64,000 bases of DNA from Candidatus Atribacteria bacterium UBA6251. Its GTDB lineage: Bacteria > Atribacterota > Phoenicimicrobiia > Phoenicimicrobiales > Phoenicimicrobiaceae. Of this stretch, positions 8,356 through 18,620 are shown piece after piece. The position numbers and the translations under genes are program-made. The DNA lies in the NCBI GenBank assembly GCA_002441285.1, contig DJVR01000028.1, positions 2,910 to 66,909 of the forward strand, read 5' to 3'. Within the stretch, counting starts at the first letter, position 1, and every line of letters starts with the position of its first letter. The notes beneath the pieces are model-generated. The model did not search any database. It was not told where the DNA came from and worked only from the letters and a program-made list of their open reading frames with translations.

Positions 8356-10254
8356 TTGAAGAGGTTACTCACCGGAAATGAAGCAATTGCCGAGGGGGTT
8401 ATTGAATCGGGGGTGGAAGTAATTACTGGTTATCCTGGCACTCCTTCTTCAGAAGTTATTCTTAACTTAAAATCTATGCAAAATAAAGCAGATTTCAGGC
8501 CTCAGCATATTGAATGGAGCATAAATGAAAAAGTGGCTCTTGAGATAGCAGCGGGAGCTGCCTGGGCAGGTAAAAGGGCGTTGGTTACTATGAAGATGTC
8601 GGGATTAAATGTAGCTGCTGATTCTCTGGTTTCTATTGCATATAGTGGATGTAGGGGAGGATTAGTAATTTTTGTGGCCGATGATCCAGGAGCTCATGCT
8701 GGTATGGCAGAACAGGATTCCCGTCATTATGCCAGATTAATGATTATCCCGATGCTGGATTTAGCCTCCCAGCAAGAAGGTCTGGATTATATGAAGTTAG
8801 CCTTTGAATTATCAGAAAAGATTGGTGGACCTATCTTTTTAAGGTCAACCACAGATATTTCCCACGTAGCTTCCGATGTAGAAATAGGGAATAGACTTAA
8901 TTTAGAAAAAAGAGAAATATTTCTGGAAAAAGACATCACTAGGTATACGAAAGCAGCCTCTTCCTGGTGTATAGCTCAACATAAAGACGCAATTAATCGT
9001 TTAAAGCAAGCTTTAGATTACACAGATAATTATCTTTCCGAGCATGGCATAAGGGTAAATGAGATGTCCTTGGATGAGAAGATTAAAGAGGGGGTAATTT
9101 ATTCTGGAGCGGTAGAAGGTAATTTTAAAGAAGCCATCAAAAGATACAATTTAAAACTTTCCTGGTTAAAGATTGGTTTAATACATCCCTTGCCAGAAGA
9201 AAGAATTAAGAGATTTTTGGAAAAAGTTGAACGGGTACTTATCTTAGAAGAGCTGGATCCATTTATTGAAACAGAAGTAAGAAGAATTGCATCTCAAATG
9301 AATAAATCGGTAGATATCTGGGGGAAATTTAATAAAGATTTTTTACCCTGGGTAGGTGGATATTCCTTCCGGGAAATAAAAAAGGGACTGGAAACCTTTT
9401 TGGGAAAAGTGTTTGAATCTGAACAGGATTCCAGGATTAGATTAAAAGCAAAAGAAATAGAAGTAAAACGCACTACCTCTTTTTGTGTCGGCTGTCCTCA
9501 CCGGGGAGCCTATTTTGCCCTCAATAAAGCTATTAAAAAATTAAAATATAAAAAGGATGAAATAATTATTACTGGAGATATTGGATGTACTATTTTAGGA
9601 ATGAATAAACCTTTTGAATCTTGCTGGACAGAGATAGCTATGGGAGCAAGTATAGGTTTGGCTCAAGGGTTTAAGTGGGCGGGCATAGAAAAACCAGTAA
9701 TAGCTACCATTGGAGATTCTACTTTTTTCCATGCTGGTATCCCTCCTTTGATTAACGCAATTTATCAGAAAGTACCCTTAACTGTTATTATTTTAGATAA
9801 TGGTTGGACTGCTATGACTGGTTTTGAAGAAAATCCAGGCACCCTTGCTTTCGACAATAAAGAAGACACCAAAAGAGTAGATATTAGGGAAATTTGCCAG
9901 GGTTGTGGAGTAGAAGATCTAAAAGTAATTGATCCTTATAAACCAGAGGAAGCAATAAATACCATTATAAAGGCGATTAAATATCCAGGTGTTTCTGTGG
10001 TATTATCCCGACAGGAATGTGCCTTACAAGCAAAGAGAAGGAAAGTAAATTTTGCGAAATATAGAGTGGATATAAAAAAGTGTACCGGTTGCCGGGTGTG
10101 CCTAAATTCTGTAGGGTGTCCAGCGATGGTATTTCACCCGGCAGAGGAGAAAGGAAGACCATATATGGAAATTACCATGGATTGTTTTGGTTGTGGAATA
10201 TGTAAATTCGACTGTCCAACTGGGGCAATAGAGGAGATAAAAGATGGAAAATAA
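8356..10254 (+). CDS. iorA: Indolepyruvate:ferredoxin oxidoreductase, alpha subunit (TPP-binding, C-terminal 2x[4Fe-4S])
   Basis: 632 aa. N-terminus LLTGNEAIAEGVIESGVEVITGYPGTPSSEV; TPP region GDIGCT...GDSTFFHAG; C-terminal CTGCRVCLNSVGCP...CFGCGICKFDCP. RBS AAGGAGGTG before the TTG start. Confidence 0.9.
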   Translation: MKRLLTGNEAIAEGVIESGVEVITGYPGTPSSEVILNLKSMQNKADFRPQHIEWSINEKVALEIAAGAAWAGKRALVTMKMSGLNVAADSLVSIAYSGCRGGLVIFVADDPGAHAGMAEQDSRHYARLMIIPMLDLASQQEGLDYMKLAFELSEKIGGPIFLRSTTDISHVASDVEIGNRLNLEKREIFLEKDITRYTKAASSWCIAQHKDAINRLKQALDYTDNYLSEHGIRVNEMSLDEKIKEGVIYSGAVEGNFKEAIKRYNLKLSWLKIGLIHPLPEERIKRFLEKVERVLILEELDPFIETEVRRIASQMNKSVDIWGKFNKDFLPWVGGYSFREIKKGLETFLGKVFESEQDSRIRLKAKEIEVKRTTSFCVGCPHRGAYFALNKAIKKLKYKKDEIIITGDIGCTILGMNKPFESCWTEIAMGASIGLAQGFKWAGIEKPVIATIGDSTFFHAGIPPLINAIYQKVPLTVIILDNGWTAMTGFEENPGTLAFDNKEDTKRVDIREICQGCGVEDLKVIDPYKPEEAINTIIKAIKYPGVSVVLSRQECALQAKRRKVNFAKYRVDIKKCTGCRVCLNSVGCPAMVFHPAEEKGRPYMEITMDCFGCGICKFDCPTGAIEEIKDGK

Positions 10255-10831
10255 TTTTTATATCACTGGAGTAGGGGGACAAGGAGTAGTGCGTTTGGGC
10301 CAAATTCTGGCTCTTTATGGATTAGAAAAGGGTAAAAAGGTCAGATTTTATAAACAGGTAGGAATGGCTCAAAGGGGTGGTCCAGTTCATTGTGAGGTAA
10401 GGATAGGCGAGGTTTTTGGATCGAGAATTCCTCCTCTTTCGGCAGATATAGTTGTAGTTATGGAATTGGCTGAAGGCTTGAAAGCTTTAGAATTTGTAAA
10501 ACCAGGAGGTATGGTGATACTAAACAGAAAAAAGATATATCCACTTGATTTAATGGCTTATCCGGATCAATACCCTCCAGAAGAAGAGATTATCCAATTG
10601 TTTAAAGAAGTTGGAGCTAAGATCTTCTGGATAGAGGCAGATAGAATAACCCAAGAAATTAATCTTCCTTTAGCTGAGAATATTATTATATTGGGAGTCA
10701 TCGCCAATTTTTTATCTTTAGATAAGAGTATTTTATTAAATTTATTAGAAAAAAATGTACTTGGTTCATTTTTAACAAAAAACCTGGAAGCTTTTGAGAG
10801 AGGTTTTCAGTGGGCAGAGGAAATGAAATAA
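10244..10831 (+). CDS. iorB: Indolepyruvate:ferredoxin oxidoreductase, beta subunit
   Basis: 195 aa with ITGVGGQGVV..., typical of the IorB/gamma-type OFOR domain. Overlaps the iorA end by 11 nt. Confidence 0.85.
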   Translation: MENNFYITGVGGQGVVRLGQILALYGLEKGKKVRFYKQVGMAQRGGPVHCEVRIGEVFGSRIPPLSADIVVVMELAEGLKALEFVKPGGMVILNRKKIYPLDLMAYPDQYPPEEEIIQLFKEVGAKIFWIEADRITQEINLPLAENIIILGVIANFLSLDKSILLNLLEKNVLGSFLTKNLEAFERGFQWAEEMK

Positions 10832-10832
10832 T

Positions 10833-12179
10833 ATGAAAGATAGTATTCCTAATTTTTTTAATCCTAAAACAGTAGCTATTTTTGGTTCTATGAAAGAAGG
10901 CAAAACTGGATATGAAATTGTGAGGAATATGTTAGAAGGTGGCTTTAAGGGAGGGATATACCCAATAAGCCAGACTAATGGTAAAATTTTGGGATTAAAA
11001 ACATTTTCAGATTTTAAGAATTTATCTATTGATTTAGCCATTATAGCCATTCCTGGTTCTTTTATTCCTGTTCTTTTAGAAGATTTGGGAAAACAAAATG
11101 TTTCATCAGTGGTAATAATATCAGCAGGATTTTCTGAGGTAGGTAATTTAAAAGAAGAAGAAGAATTACTTACTATTGCCCGAAAATATCAAATCAGAAT
11201 CATTGGGCCAAATTGTGCTGGAATTATGAATACCAGCAATAATCTTTTTGCCAGTATAGAAGTGCGTGCTCTACCCGGTAATACCGCTTTTATTACTCAA
11301 AGTGGAGCCCTGGGGGGTGCAGTTTTAATGATGGCTGAGGAATTAGGTTTTGGTTTTTCTAAATTTGTAAGTTATGGAAATAGATGTGATGTAGATGAAG
11401 CAGATTTAATCGATTATTTACGAGATGATTCAGAAACCAGAGTAATCGCTATCTATATCGAAGCTTTAGCAGAGGGGAAAAAATTTTTATCAAAAATAAA
11501 GACAACGGTATCTAAGAAACCAATTATTGCCATTAAAGCAGGTAAATTTAAAGCTGGGAAAAGAGCTACCTCTTCCCACACCGGTTCTTTAGCGGGAGAA
11601 GATAGAATTTATGAAGCAGCTTTTAGACAATTTGGAATTTTAAGGGTTGAAGATATAGAAGAGATGTTTGATTTGTGTAGAGGTTTAGAATATTATCCCC
11701 GAATTAACGGTAAAAGAATTGCCATAATAACTAATGCGGGGGGTCCTGCAGTAATGACCACGGATAAATTAGAAGAATTAGGTTTAGAAGTACCGGAACC
11801 TTCTGGTTCTTTAATTAAAACTTTGAAAGGTTTACTCCCTCCTAATGTTTCTTTGAAGAATCCTTTTGATCTTTTGGCTTATGGTAGTGCAGATACTTTT
11901 ACTCAAGTAGGAGAGACTATTGCTCCAGAATATGATGCCCTTATAATTATTTTTGTACCTACCGCTTCGATGGATTCGGTGAAAATTGCCCAGGCAGTGG
12001 GAGAAATAAAGAAGAAGATTAATAAACCAATTTTTACCAGTTTTATGGCTGGAAGATTAGTAAAAAAAGGGATTGAAGAATTAAAAAAATATGGTATCCC
12101 TAACTACTCTACGGGAGAAAGGTGTGCTAGGGTCATTCAGAAGATAGTCTGGCATACTTTAAAAAATAATCCAAAATAG
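10833..12179 (+). CDS. acdA: ADP-forming acyl-CoA synthetase (acetate-CoA ligase, ADP-forming), alpha subunit
   Basis: 448 aa. FFNPKTVAIFGSMKEGKTGYEIVRNM (CoA-binding domain), IIGPNCAGIMN, and SHTGSLAG around the phosphohistidine loop. Confidence 0.85.
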   Translation: MKDSIPNFFNPKTVAIFGSMKEGKTGYEIVRNMLEGGFKGGIYPISQTNGKILGLKTFSDFKNLSIDLAIIAIPGSFIPVLLEDLGKQNVSSVVIISAGFSEVGNLKEEEELLTIARKYQIRIIGPNCAGIMNTSNNLFASIEVRALPGNTAFITQSGALGGAVLMMAEELGFGFSKFVSYGNRCDVDEADLIDYLRDDSETRVIAIYIEALAEGKKFLSKIKTTVSKKPIIAIKAGKFKAGKRATSSHTGSLAGEDRIYEAAFRQFGILRVEDIEEMFDLCRGLEYYPRINGKRIAIITNAGGPAVMTTDKLEELGLEVPEPSGSLIKTLKGLLPPNVSLKNPFDLLAYGSADTFTQVGETIAPEYDALIIIFVPTASMDSVKIAQAVGEIKKKINKPIFTSFMAGRLVKKGIEELKKYGIPNYSTGERCARVIQKIVWHTLKNNPK

Positions 12180-12360
12180 GTAAAATGGAATAAATAAAAA
12201 TTAATCTAAATGTAGAATATAATTTATGCTTTTTACCCAGAGGACTTATGTACTGGAGAATGGAAGAGTAGCTAGAATGGTAAAAATTTATAAAAGAGTG
12301 AACATATAAAGAAATATTACCTGGGGTTATAAACTAAATAAAAAAGAACGGAATTTTTAG

Positions 12361-13041
12361 ATGCATAGAATCTTACAAAAAGCAAAAGAAGAAAAAAGAT
12401 CTTTATTAGAAATAGAAGCTAAAGAATTACTAAGAGAATATGGAATTCCTGTACCAAATTATAAATTAGTAAGAAGTAAAGACCAGATTAGAGGGTTAAG
12501 TGAAGAAATACCCTTTCCAATAGTAATGAAAATTGTATCTCCCCAAATTATACACAAATCAGAGTCTGGAGGAGTAAAAATAAACATAAAGGACGAGCAG
12601 GAAGCTAGATTAGCTTATCAAGAAATAATAGAAAATGTCAAAAGATATAATCATCATGCCAGGGTTGCCGGGGTAATAGTATATTCTTTTATTCCAAAAC
12701 AAACTGAAGTTATTATTGGGATGATGAAAGATCCTCATTTTGGACCAGTTATTATGTTTGGATTAGGGGGAATATACGTAGAAGTATTGAAAGATATTTC
12801 TTTTCGTATTATCCCTATCAAAGAAAAAGATGCTCGGGAGATGATTACTGAAATTAAAGGTTTTGAAATTTTAAAAGGAATAAGAGGAGAACCCTCGCGA
12901 GATATCCAGATATTAGAAGATATATTAATAAAAGTTTCTCATTTGGTGGAAGAAAATCCGGAGATTAAAGAGTTAGATTTAAATCCTATTTTTGTTTTTG
13001 AAAAAGGTGCTCAGGTGATCGATGCTCGAATGATTTTATAA
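12361..13041 (+). CDS. acdB: ADP-forming acyl-CoA synthetase, beta subunit (ATP-grasp)
   Basis: 226 aa. LLEIEAKELLREYGIPVPNYKLV...VMKIVSPQIIHKSESGGVKINI...LDLNPIF is the canonical AcdB pattern. The start at 12361 directly follows an in-frame TAG, and the RBS is weak. Confidence 0.8.
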   Translation: MHRILQKAKEEKRSLLEIEAKELLREYGIPVPNYKLVRSKDQIRGLSEEIPFPIVMKIVSPQIIHKSESGGVKINIKDEQEARLAYQEIIENVKRYNHHARVAGVIVYSFIPKQTEVIIGMMKDPHFGPVIMFGLGGIYVEVLKDISFRIIPIKEKDAREMITEIKGFEILKGIRGEPSRDIQILEDILIKVSHLVEENPEIKELDLNPIFVFEKGAQVIDARMIL

Positions 13042-13089
13042 TTTTAAGTCATTTTAATAAATGATTGATGGAAGCTTGGTGGAAAGAAG

Positions 13090-15474
13090 GTGGTTAAATT
13101 GGAGAAAGAACAATATGATTTTATTGGCCAACCTCTAGAAATAAAAAATATCGGTAAGGTTACTGGTAAAGAATTATATTCTTCAGATATAAATATTCCC
13201 GGTCAGTTATATGCAGTCATCTTGAGAAGCCCACATGCTCATGCTGAGATTAAAAAAGTAGATTATAGCGAAGCAGTAAAGGTGGGAGCAGTATGTATTG
13301 GTCCCCAAGATGTGCCTGAGATAATTTATAATGAAAGAATAGTGAGTATTCCTGAGAAGACTTATCGAGACAGAACTGTTCTACCTAAGGAAAAAGTCCG
13401 CCATAAAGGGGAAGCATTGGTAGCTTGTGCTGCTGAAACTGAAGAGAAAGCCTGGGCTGCCTTGCAAAAGATAAAAATAGAATGGGGAAAACAGTGGAAA
13501 CCGCTTCTTACTTTGGAAAAAGCTTTATCAGACGATGCTCCTCCTATCTATGATTGGGTCTATTTAGGTGAAGAAAAATTAAAGGTGAAAAATAATATTG
13601 CCTGCGAGAGAAATATTGAGGTGGGAGATGTGGAGGAAGGTTTTCGAGAAGCAGATATTGTGATAGAAAAAACTTTTCATACTCAAAGAGTCTATCATAT
13701 GCAATTTGAGACCAAATCAGCAGTATGTGTTCCGGAAGCGGATGGAGGAATAACTGTCTGGACTACTTCTCAGGGGATTCATAATGTCCGCATTTTGTTA
13801 GGAAATATTTTTAATCTTCCTTTAAGTAAAATAAATATAAAAAGAATAACTCTGGGAGGCTCCTTTGGCTCAAGCATTCAGATGAATTCTATTACTCCTA
13901 TCTGTGTAGCTTTAGCTTTAAAGGCTAAGAAGCCGGTAAAGTTAGTATCTTCCAGGGAAGATGATTTCTATGACCATGCCAAATACCCCTTAAAAACTAT
14001 TTTAAAAGTGGGGGTTAAAAAGGATGGTACTTTTACCGCTGCTCATTGCCGGGTCTGGGTGGAGATTGGTGGTCATAACATTCAGGCTTATCCTTATTTA
14101 GGATGTGTGGCAGGTTGGTTTGCTTCTCTTTATAAGTGGAAGAATATAAAATATGAAGGTACTGCAGTCTATACCAATAAAGTACCAACCTGTGCTATGC
14201 AAGGGTATGGTAACCCTCAGATTAATTTTGCCGTAGAAAGTATGATTGATATATTAGCAGAAGAATTGAAAATGGACCCCATTAATCTGCGCTTGAAGAA
14301 TTATGTAGGGAAAGGAGACGAATTCTGGGGGCAAGGACCTACCGTTAGATCTATTATCAGAAGTTGTGGAGTTGAAGAGATGCTACTGGAAGGAGCAAAA
14401 CTTGCTCAGTGGGAAAAGAGAGTCCCTCATTACCAGAAAAAAGAAGTTATCAGAAAAGGTATGGGAGTAGCTCGAGGGTTCCATACTTCAGGGACAGGAG
14501 GTCCTAATCCTGGTGAAGTAATTGATTACTCCGGAGCAACTATTAAAATAAATGAAGATGGTTCAGTGGATGTATTAACTGCCCTAATGGATCTTGGAGG
14601 AGGCACCTGGGATGCCTTAGCTAAAATAGTGGCAGAAGTTTTAAAGGTACCTTTTGAAAAGATTGGTATTTATAATGGGATAGATACTCGTTCAACCGTT
14701 TTTGATGTTAATACCCATGCTACACGAGGGGTATATTGTGGAGGAGGAGCAGTAAAGTTTGTTGCTGAGAAGGTCAAGGAGATACTTCTGAATTATGCTG
14801 CCACTTTATTTAAAGATTTACCTGAGAATTTAGTATTATCCTGTAATAAAGAATTGGGGCAAGCTATAATATATCCTCGAGAGATACCAGAAAATTATAA
14901 GACTATAGGGGAGATAGCAGAATATGCTCATACTACCAGCTGGGGTACCTTGGCTTATACTTCTACTCTTCGGCAGAAAAACTGTCCTCCCTGTTTTATT
15001 ACACACTTTGTTGAAGTGGAAGTGAATACCCGGACTGGAGAAGTTAAGATTCCACGAGTGGTGATTATGGGTGATTCGGGAACGATTATTAATCCAAATT
15101 TATGGGAAGGGCAAATCATAGGAGCTTTTAGCAGAGGTCTGGGTTTTGGTCTTTTAGAAGAGACTGATTATCATCCTGAAGATGGGAGTTTAAGATGTAA
15201 AGGATTAGTAACTGATTATAAGATTCCTACTACTTTAGAAATGCCAAAAATAGAAGATATTATAGTACGTTCTGCTCATACTTATGAACCTACTGGTCCT
15301 TTTGGAGCCAAGGGGATAGGAGAAGCAGCTTTAAGTTCGGTAGGACCTGCAATAGCTAATGCTATCTATAATGCTATTGGAATCAGGTTTTATGAATTGC
15401 CTATTACTCCAGAAAAAATCTTAAAATCCCTCCAGGAGAAAGAGGAAAATCTCAGAAAAAGGAGAGGTGAATAG
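13090..15474 (+). CDS. Xanthine dehydrogenase-family molybdopterin-binding large subunit (set 1)
   Basis: 794 aa. N-terminal Ald_Xan_dh-type region (GKELYSSDINIPGQLYAVILRSPHAHAEI), GGSFGS motif, C-terminal GPFGAKGIGEAAL. Start is GTG 13090, or possibly TTG 13099. Confidence 0.85.
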   Translation: MVKLEKEQYDFIGQPLEIKNIGKVTGKELYSSDINIPGQLYAVILRSPHAHAEIKKVDYSEAVKVGAVCIGPQDVPEIIYNERIVSIPEKTYRDRTVLPKEKVRHKGEALVACAAETEEKAWAALQKIKIEWGKQWKPLLTLEKALSDDAPPIYDWVYLGEEKLKVKNNIACERNIEVGDVEEGFREADIVIEKTFHTQRVYHMQFETKSAVCVPEADGGITVWTTSQGIHNVRILLGNIFNLPLSKINIKRITLGGSFGSSIQMNSITPICVALALKAKKPVKLVSSREDDFYDHAKYPLKTILKVGVKKDGTFTAAHCRVWVEIGGHNIQAYPYLGCVAGWFASLYKWKNIKYEGTAVYTNKVPTCAMQGYGNPQINFAVESMIDILAEELKMDPINLRLKNYVGKGDEFWGQGPTVRSIIRSCGVEEMLLEGAKLAQWEKRVPHYQKKEVIRKGMGVARGFHTSGTGGPNPGEVIDYSGATIKINEDGSVDVLTALMDLGGGTWDALAKIVAEVLKVPFEKIGIYNGIDTRSTVFDVNTHATRGVYCGGGAVKFVAEKVKEILLNYAATLFKDLPENLVLSCNKELGQAIIYPREIPENYKTIGEIAEYAHTTSWGTLAYTSTLRQKNCPPCFITHFVEVEVNTRTGEVKIPRVVIMGDSGTIINPNLWEGQIIGAFSRGLGFGLLEETDYHPEDGSLRCKGLVTDYKIPTTLEMPKIEDIIVRSAHTYEPTGPFGAKGIGEAALSSVGPAIANAIYNAIGIRFYELPITPEKILKSLQEKEENLRKRRGE

Positions 15475-15476
15475 CA

Positions 15477-16367
15477 TTGCATAATACCAGATTTTTAACT
15501 CAAGAATTTGAATATTTTGTTCCCCATACTTTATCTGAGGCTTTAGATTTACTCTTTACTTATCAAGATAAAAGGACTAAGATATTAGCAGGAGGAACAG
15601 ATCTACTAGTGAAAATGAAGACCCTGGGGATAGGAGTAGATTATTTAATTAATATTAATGAAATTTCTGAGATAAAGAATGTAGAGTTGGATAAAGGCTT
15701 AAAGATTGGAGCAGCAGTCAAACTTTCTCAATTAGAGAAGATGAAAGCAGTAAAGGAAGAATATCCTGCTTTATATGAGGGAATTACCTCAATGGCAGCA
15801 ATAGCTATCCGAAATATGGCTACTCTGGTTGGCAATATTTGCAATGCTTCTCCAGCTGGGGACACTATTCCTCCCTTAGTGGTATATGGGGCAAAGTTAA
15901 GGATAGTCAGTAAAAAAGGAGAACGAGTTATTCCGCTTGAAGATTTTATTAGCGGGGTTGGAGAGACTATACTTAAAAGAGATGAATTAGTGAGTCAGGT
16001 AATAATTCCTGAACCTTATAAAGATTTGGGAAGTGCATTTTGTAAAAAAGGCAGAGTAAAAGCTGATATTGCCAAAATAAATCTGGCTGTAGGTATAGAA
16101 AGAGATGGTGATATTTGTCGAGACTGCCGGATAGTGCTGGGCTCGGTTTTTAGTAAAACCCTACGAGCATATAAATCAGAAGAAATTCTTAGAGGAAAAG
16201 TGATAAAGGATGATTTAATTATTTCTGCAGCCAAAAGAGCTGCCGAAGAGATTAAGCCTATCGATGATGTACGTTCTACAGCTGAATATAGAAATGAATT
16301 AGCCCGGGTAATGGTGGAAGATACTTTACACATAGCCTGGGAAAGAGCGGGTGGTAAGAGGTGGTAA
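15477..16367 (+). CDS. Xanthine dehydrogenase-family FAD-binding medium subunit (set 1, CoxM/XdhB-like)
   Basis: 296 aa. FEYFVPHTLSEALDLL...ILAGGTDLLVKMK...ATLVGNICNASPAGD, and C-terminal DDVRSTAEYR. Confidence 0.85.
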   Translation: MHNTRFLTQEFEYFVPHTLSEALDLLFTYQDKRTKILAGGTDLLVKMKTLGIGVDYLININEISEIKNVELDKGLKIGAAVKLSQLEKMKAVKEEYPALYEGITSMAAIAIRNMATLVGNICNASPAGDTIPPLVVYGAKLRIVSKKGERVIPLEDFISGVGETILKRDELVSQVIIPEPYKDLGSAFCKKGRVKADIAKINLAVGIERDGDICRDCRIVLGSVFSKTLRAYKSEEILRGKVIKDDLIISAAKRAAEEIKPIDDVRSTAEYRNELARVMVEDTLHIAWERAGGKRW

Positions 16368-16368
16368 G

Positions 16369-16854
16369 ATGAAGAAGATGGAAATAGAATTTATTCTTAA
16401 TGGTAAAAAAAGGAAAATAGAAGTAAAACCAAATGACCTTTTAATTAATATTATTAGAGAAGATTTATACCTTACCGGTACAAAATATGGTTGTGGACTT
16501 GGAGAATGCGGAGTTTGTACAGTTTTATTAAATGGTGAACCAGTTCTCTCCTGTCTAACCCTAGCTATAACTGTTGATGGTAAAGAAATTACTACCATCG
16601 AAGGATTAGCTCAGGGCGATGAATTGCATCCTTTACAGAAAGCATTTTTGAAAAATGGGGCTGTACAATGTGGTTTTTGTACACCGGGAATGATATTGAC
16701 GGCCACTGCATTATTAAGAGAAAATCCTGATGCTACCGAAGATGAGATCAGAAATTATATGAGAGGTAATCTTTGTCGGTGTACTGGATATGTGCAAATT
16801 ATAAAAGCAATCAAAGAATGTACCTCTATAAAAAATAAGGGATTAACAAACTGA
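16369..16854 (+). CDS. Xanthine dehydrogenase-family [2Fe-2S] small subunit (set 1, CoxS-like)
   Basis: GCGLGECGVCTV...CL and QCGFCTPGMI...NLCRCTGY are the two 2Fe-2S cluster motifs. I prefer ATG 16369 (just after the previous stop) over the listed 16351. Confidence 0.85.
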   Translation: MKKMEIEFILNGKKRKIEVKPNDLLINIIREDLYLTGTKYGCGLGECGVCTVLLNGEPVLSCLTLAITVDGKEITTIEGLAQGDELHPLQKAFLKNGAVQCGFCTPGMILTATALLRENPDATEDEIRNYMRGNLCRCTGYVQIIKAIKECTSIKNKGLTN

Positions 16855-16887
16855 AATAATAACTATATGGTAAGGAGGAGAAATTTA

Positions 16888-17739
16888 GTGAAACAGATTA
16901 AATATATCTCTCCCCGAACAAAGGAAGAAGCTTTAGAGGTTTTACAACAAGAGAAAGATCGTGCTTGTATAGTGGCTGGTTGTTCCAATGTTCTTCCTAA
17001 TCTTAAGGATAAAAAGATTGCTCCTCAAATTTTAGTAGATATTACTACTCTAGAATCATTAAAAGGGATTTTTAAAAAAGAAGGTAAAATTTTATTAGGT
17101 CCTTTAACAACTATCAATGAATTAATTTCTTCGAAGATTATCTTAGAGGAATATCCAGTATTAACTCAAGCTGCCCGGGAGTTTGCTGATCCGATAGTAA
17201 GAAATACTGCTACTGTGGGAGGAAATTTAGTTACCGCATCTCCTGCAGCGGATCTTGCTGTCCCGCTGCTTAGTTTAGATGCAATAGTTAAGATAGAGAG
17301 TCTAGGGGACAAGAGAGAGGTTAACTTAATCAATTTTTTTACTGCTCCAGGGGAGACTATCTTAAATAGCCATGAATTAGTAGTGGGAATTGAATTTAAA
17401 CAGAGTGATATCAATAAAAATGGTTGTTTTATGAAGATTGGTCAAAGAAAAGCTATGGCTATTTCTATTGCTACTTTAGCAGTAAATTTAGACTGGAAAG
17501 AAAATACCATCAATCAAATTAGGATTGCTGCGGGTTCAGTAGCACCTACTCCCTTAAGACTTACCGGAGTAGAAGAATTTTTAAAAAATAAAAAACTAAA
17601 TCAGGAATTGATAGAAGAGGCAGTTATTAAAGTAAGTAAAGAAGTTAACCCCATTAGTGATATTCGGGCTTCAGAGGGATATCGGCGGTATATTTCTGGA
17701 ATTTTATTCAAACGAGCTATTGAAAGATTGGCCAATTAG
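16888..17739 (+). CDS. Xanthine dehydrogenase-family FAD-binding medium subunit (set 2)
   Basis: IKYISPRTKEEALEVL...VAGCSNVLPNLK...ATVGGNLVTASPAAD...SDIRASEGYR. AAGGAGG at 16872-16878 sits 9 nt before GTG 16888, so I prefer that over the listed ATG 16867. Confidence 0.8.
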   Translation: MKQIKYISPRTKEEALEVLQQEKDRACIVAGCSNVLPNLKDKKIAPQILVDITTLESLKGIFKKEGKILLGPLTTINELISSKIILEEYPVLTQAAREFADPIVRNTATVGGNLVTASPAADLAVPLLSLDAIVKIESLGDKREVNLINFFTAPGETILNSHELVVGIEFKQSDINKNGCFMKIGQRKAMAISIATLAVNLDWKENTINQIRIAAGSVAPTPLRLTGVEEFLKNKKLNQELIEEAVIKVSKEVNPISDIRASEGYRRYISGILFKRAIERLAN

Positions 17740-18004
17740 ATTAGCTATTAGTGGATAGGGAATAGTCGAAAGGAAAAAAGAAAATATAAAAAGATATAAT
17801 TAGATAATTAATATGGAGAGAAAATGACTATTTAAATTGGTCAATTAGTTAAAAAAGTTTAAGACAATAATTTTGTTCTTAATTATCTTTTATTTTTAGA
17901 TGAGATCACCACGTTTTGTTTTATTAGAGTACCGAAAACTTTTAACTAAACAGCAACTAACTAGATAACCAGCTAACCAAACAACTAAATCAAGGGAGAT
18001 TCAT

Positions 18005-18481
18005 ATGGAAGAATATAAAATTGAGATGAAAATAAATGGAGAGAGATTAGTAGCTACTACCCAAGCTGATGAGTCTTTACTAAAATTTTTGCGTCGTAAT
18101 GGTTTTTTTGAAGTAAAATGTGGCTGTGAAAAGGGTGAATGTGGTACTTGTACAGTAATTTTACAAGGAAAGGCAGTCAAATCCTGTATTACTTTAGCTC
18201 TACAAGCTAATAATAAAGAGGTATGGACAATTAGAGGGATGGAAAAATTCGAACTGGGAAGAAAATTACAGGAAAGTTTTGTACAATACGGGGCGATTCA
18301 GTGTGGTTTTTGTACTCCGGGAATGATTTTAGTGGCCAAAGCTTATTTAGATAAAAATCCAATTCCTGACCGCAAAGAAATCAAAAGAGAAATAGCTGGT
18401 AATTTGTGTAGATGTACCGGATACAAGAAGATCATAGATGCTATTTATGCAGTTGCAGAGGAAAATAAAAAAATGAATTAA
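18005..18481 (+). CDS. Xanthine dehydrogenase-family [2Fe-2S] small subunit (set 2)
   Basis: 158 aa with CGCEKGECGTCTV...C and QCGFCTPGMI...NLCRCTGY. RBS AAGGGAG. Confidence 0.85.
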   Translation: MEEYKIEMKINGERLVATTQADESLLKFLRRNGFFEVKCGCEKGECGTCTVILQGKAVKSCITLALQANNKEVWTIRGMEKFELGRKLQESFVQYGAIQCGFCTPGMILVAKAYLDKNPIPDRKEIKREIAGNLCRCTGYKKIIDAIYAVAEENKKMN

Positions 18482-18620
18482 ATTTAAAGGCAATAAGATT
18501 TACTGCTTCGGTTTTTAAAATGTACCTCAAAAAAAGAGAACAGGTCTCTTTTTATAGATAAAAACAGGTCATTTTTTTATAATAATCTGAACAATAAAGA
18601 TTGATAGGAAGGTGAAGCTT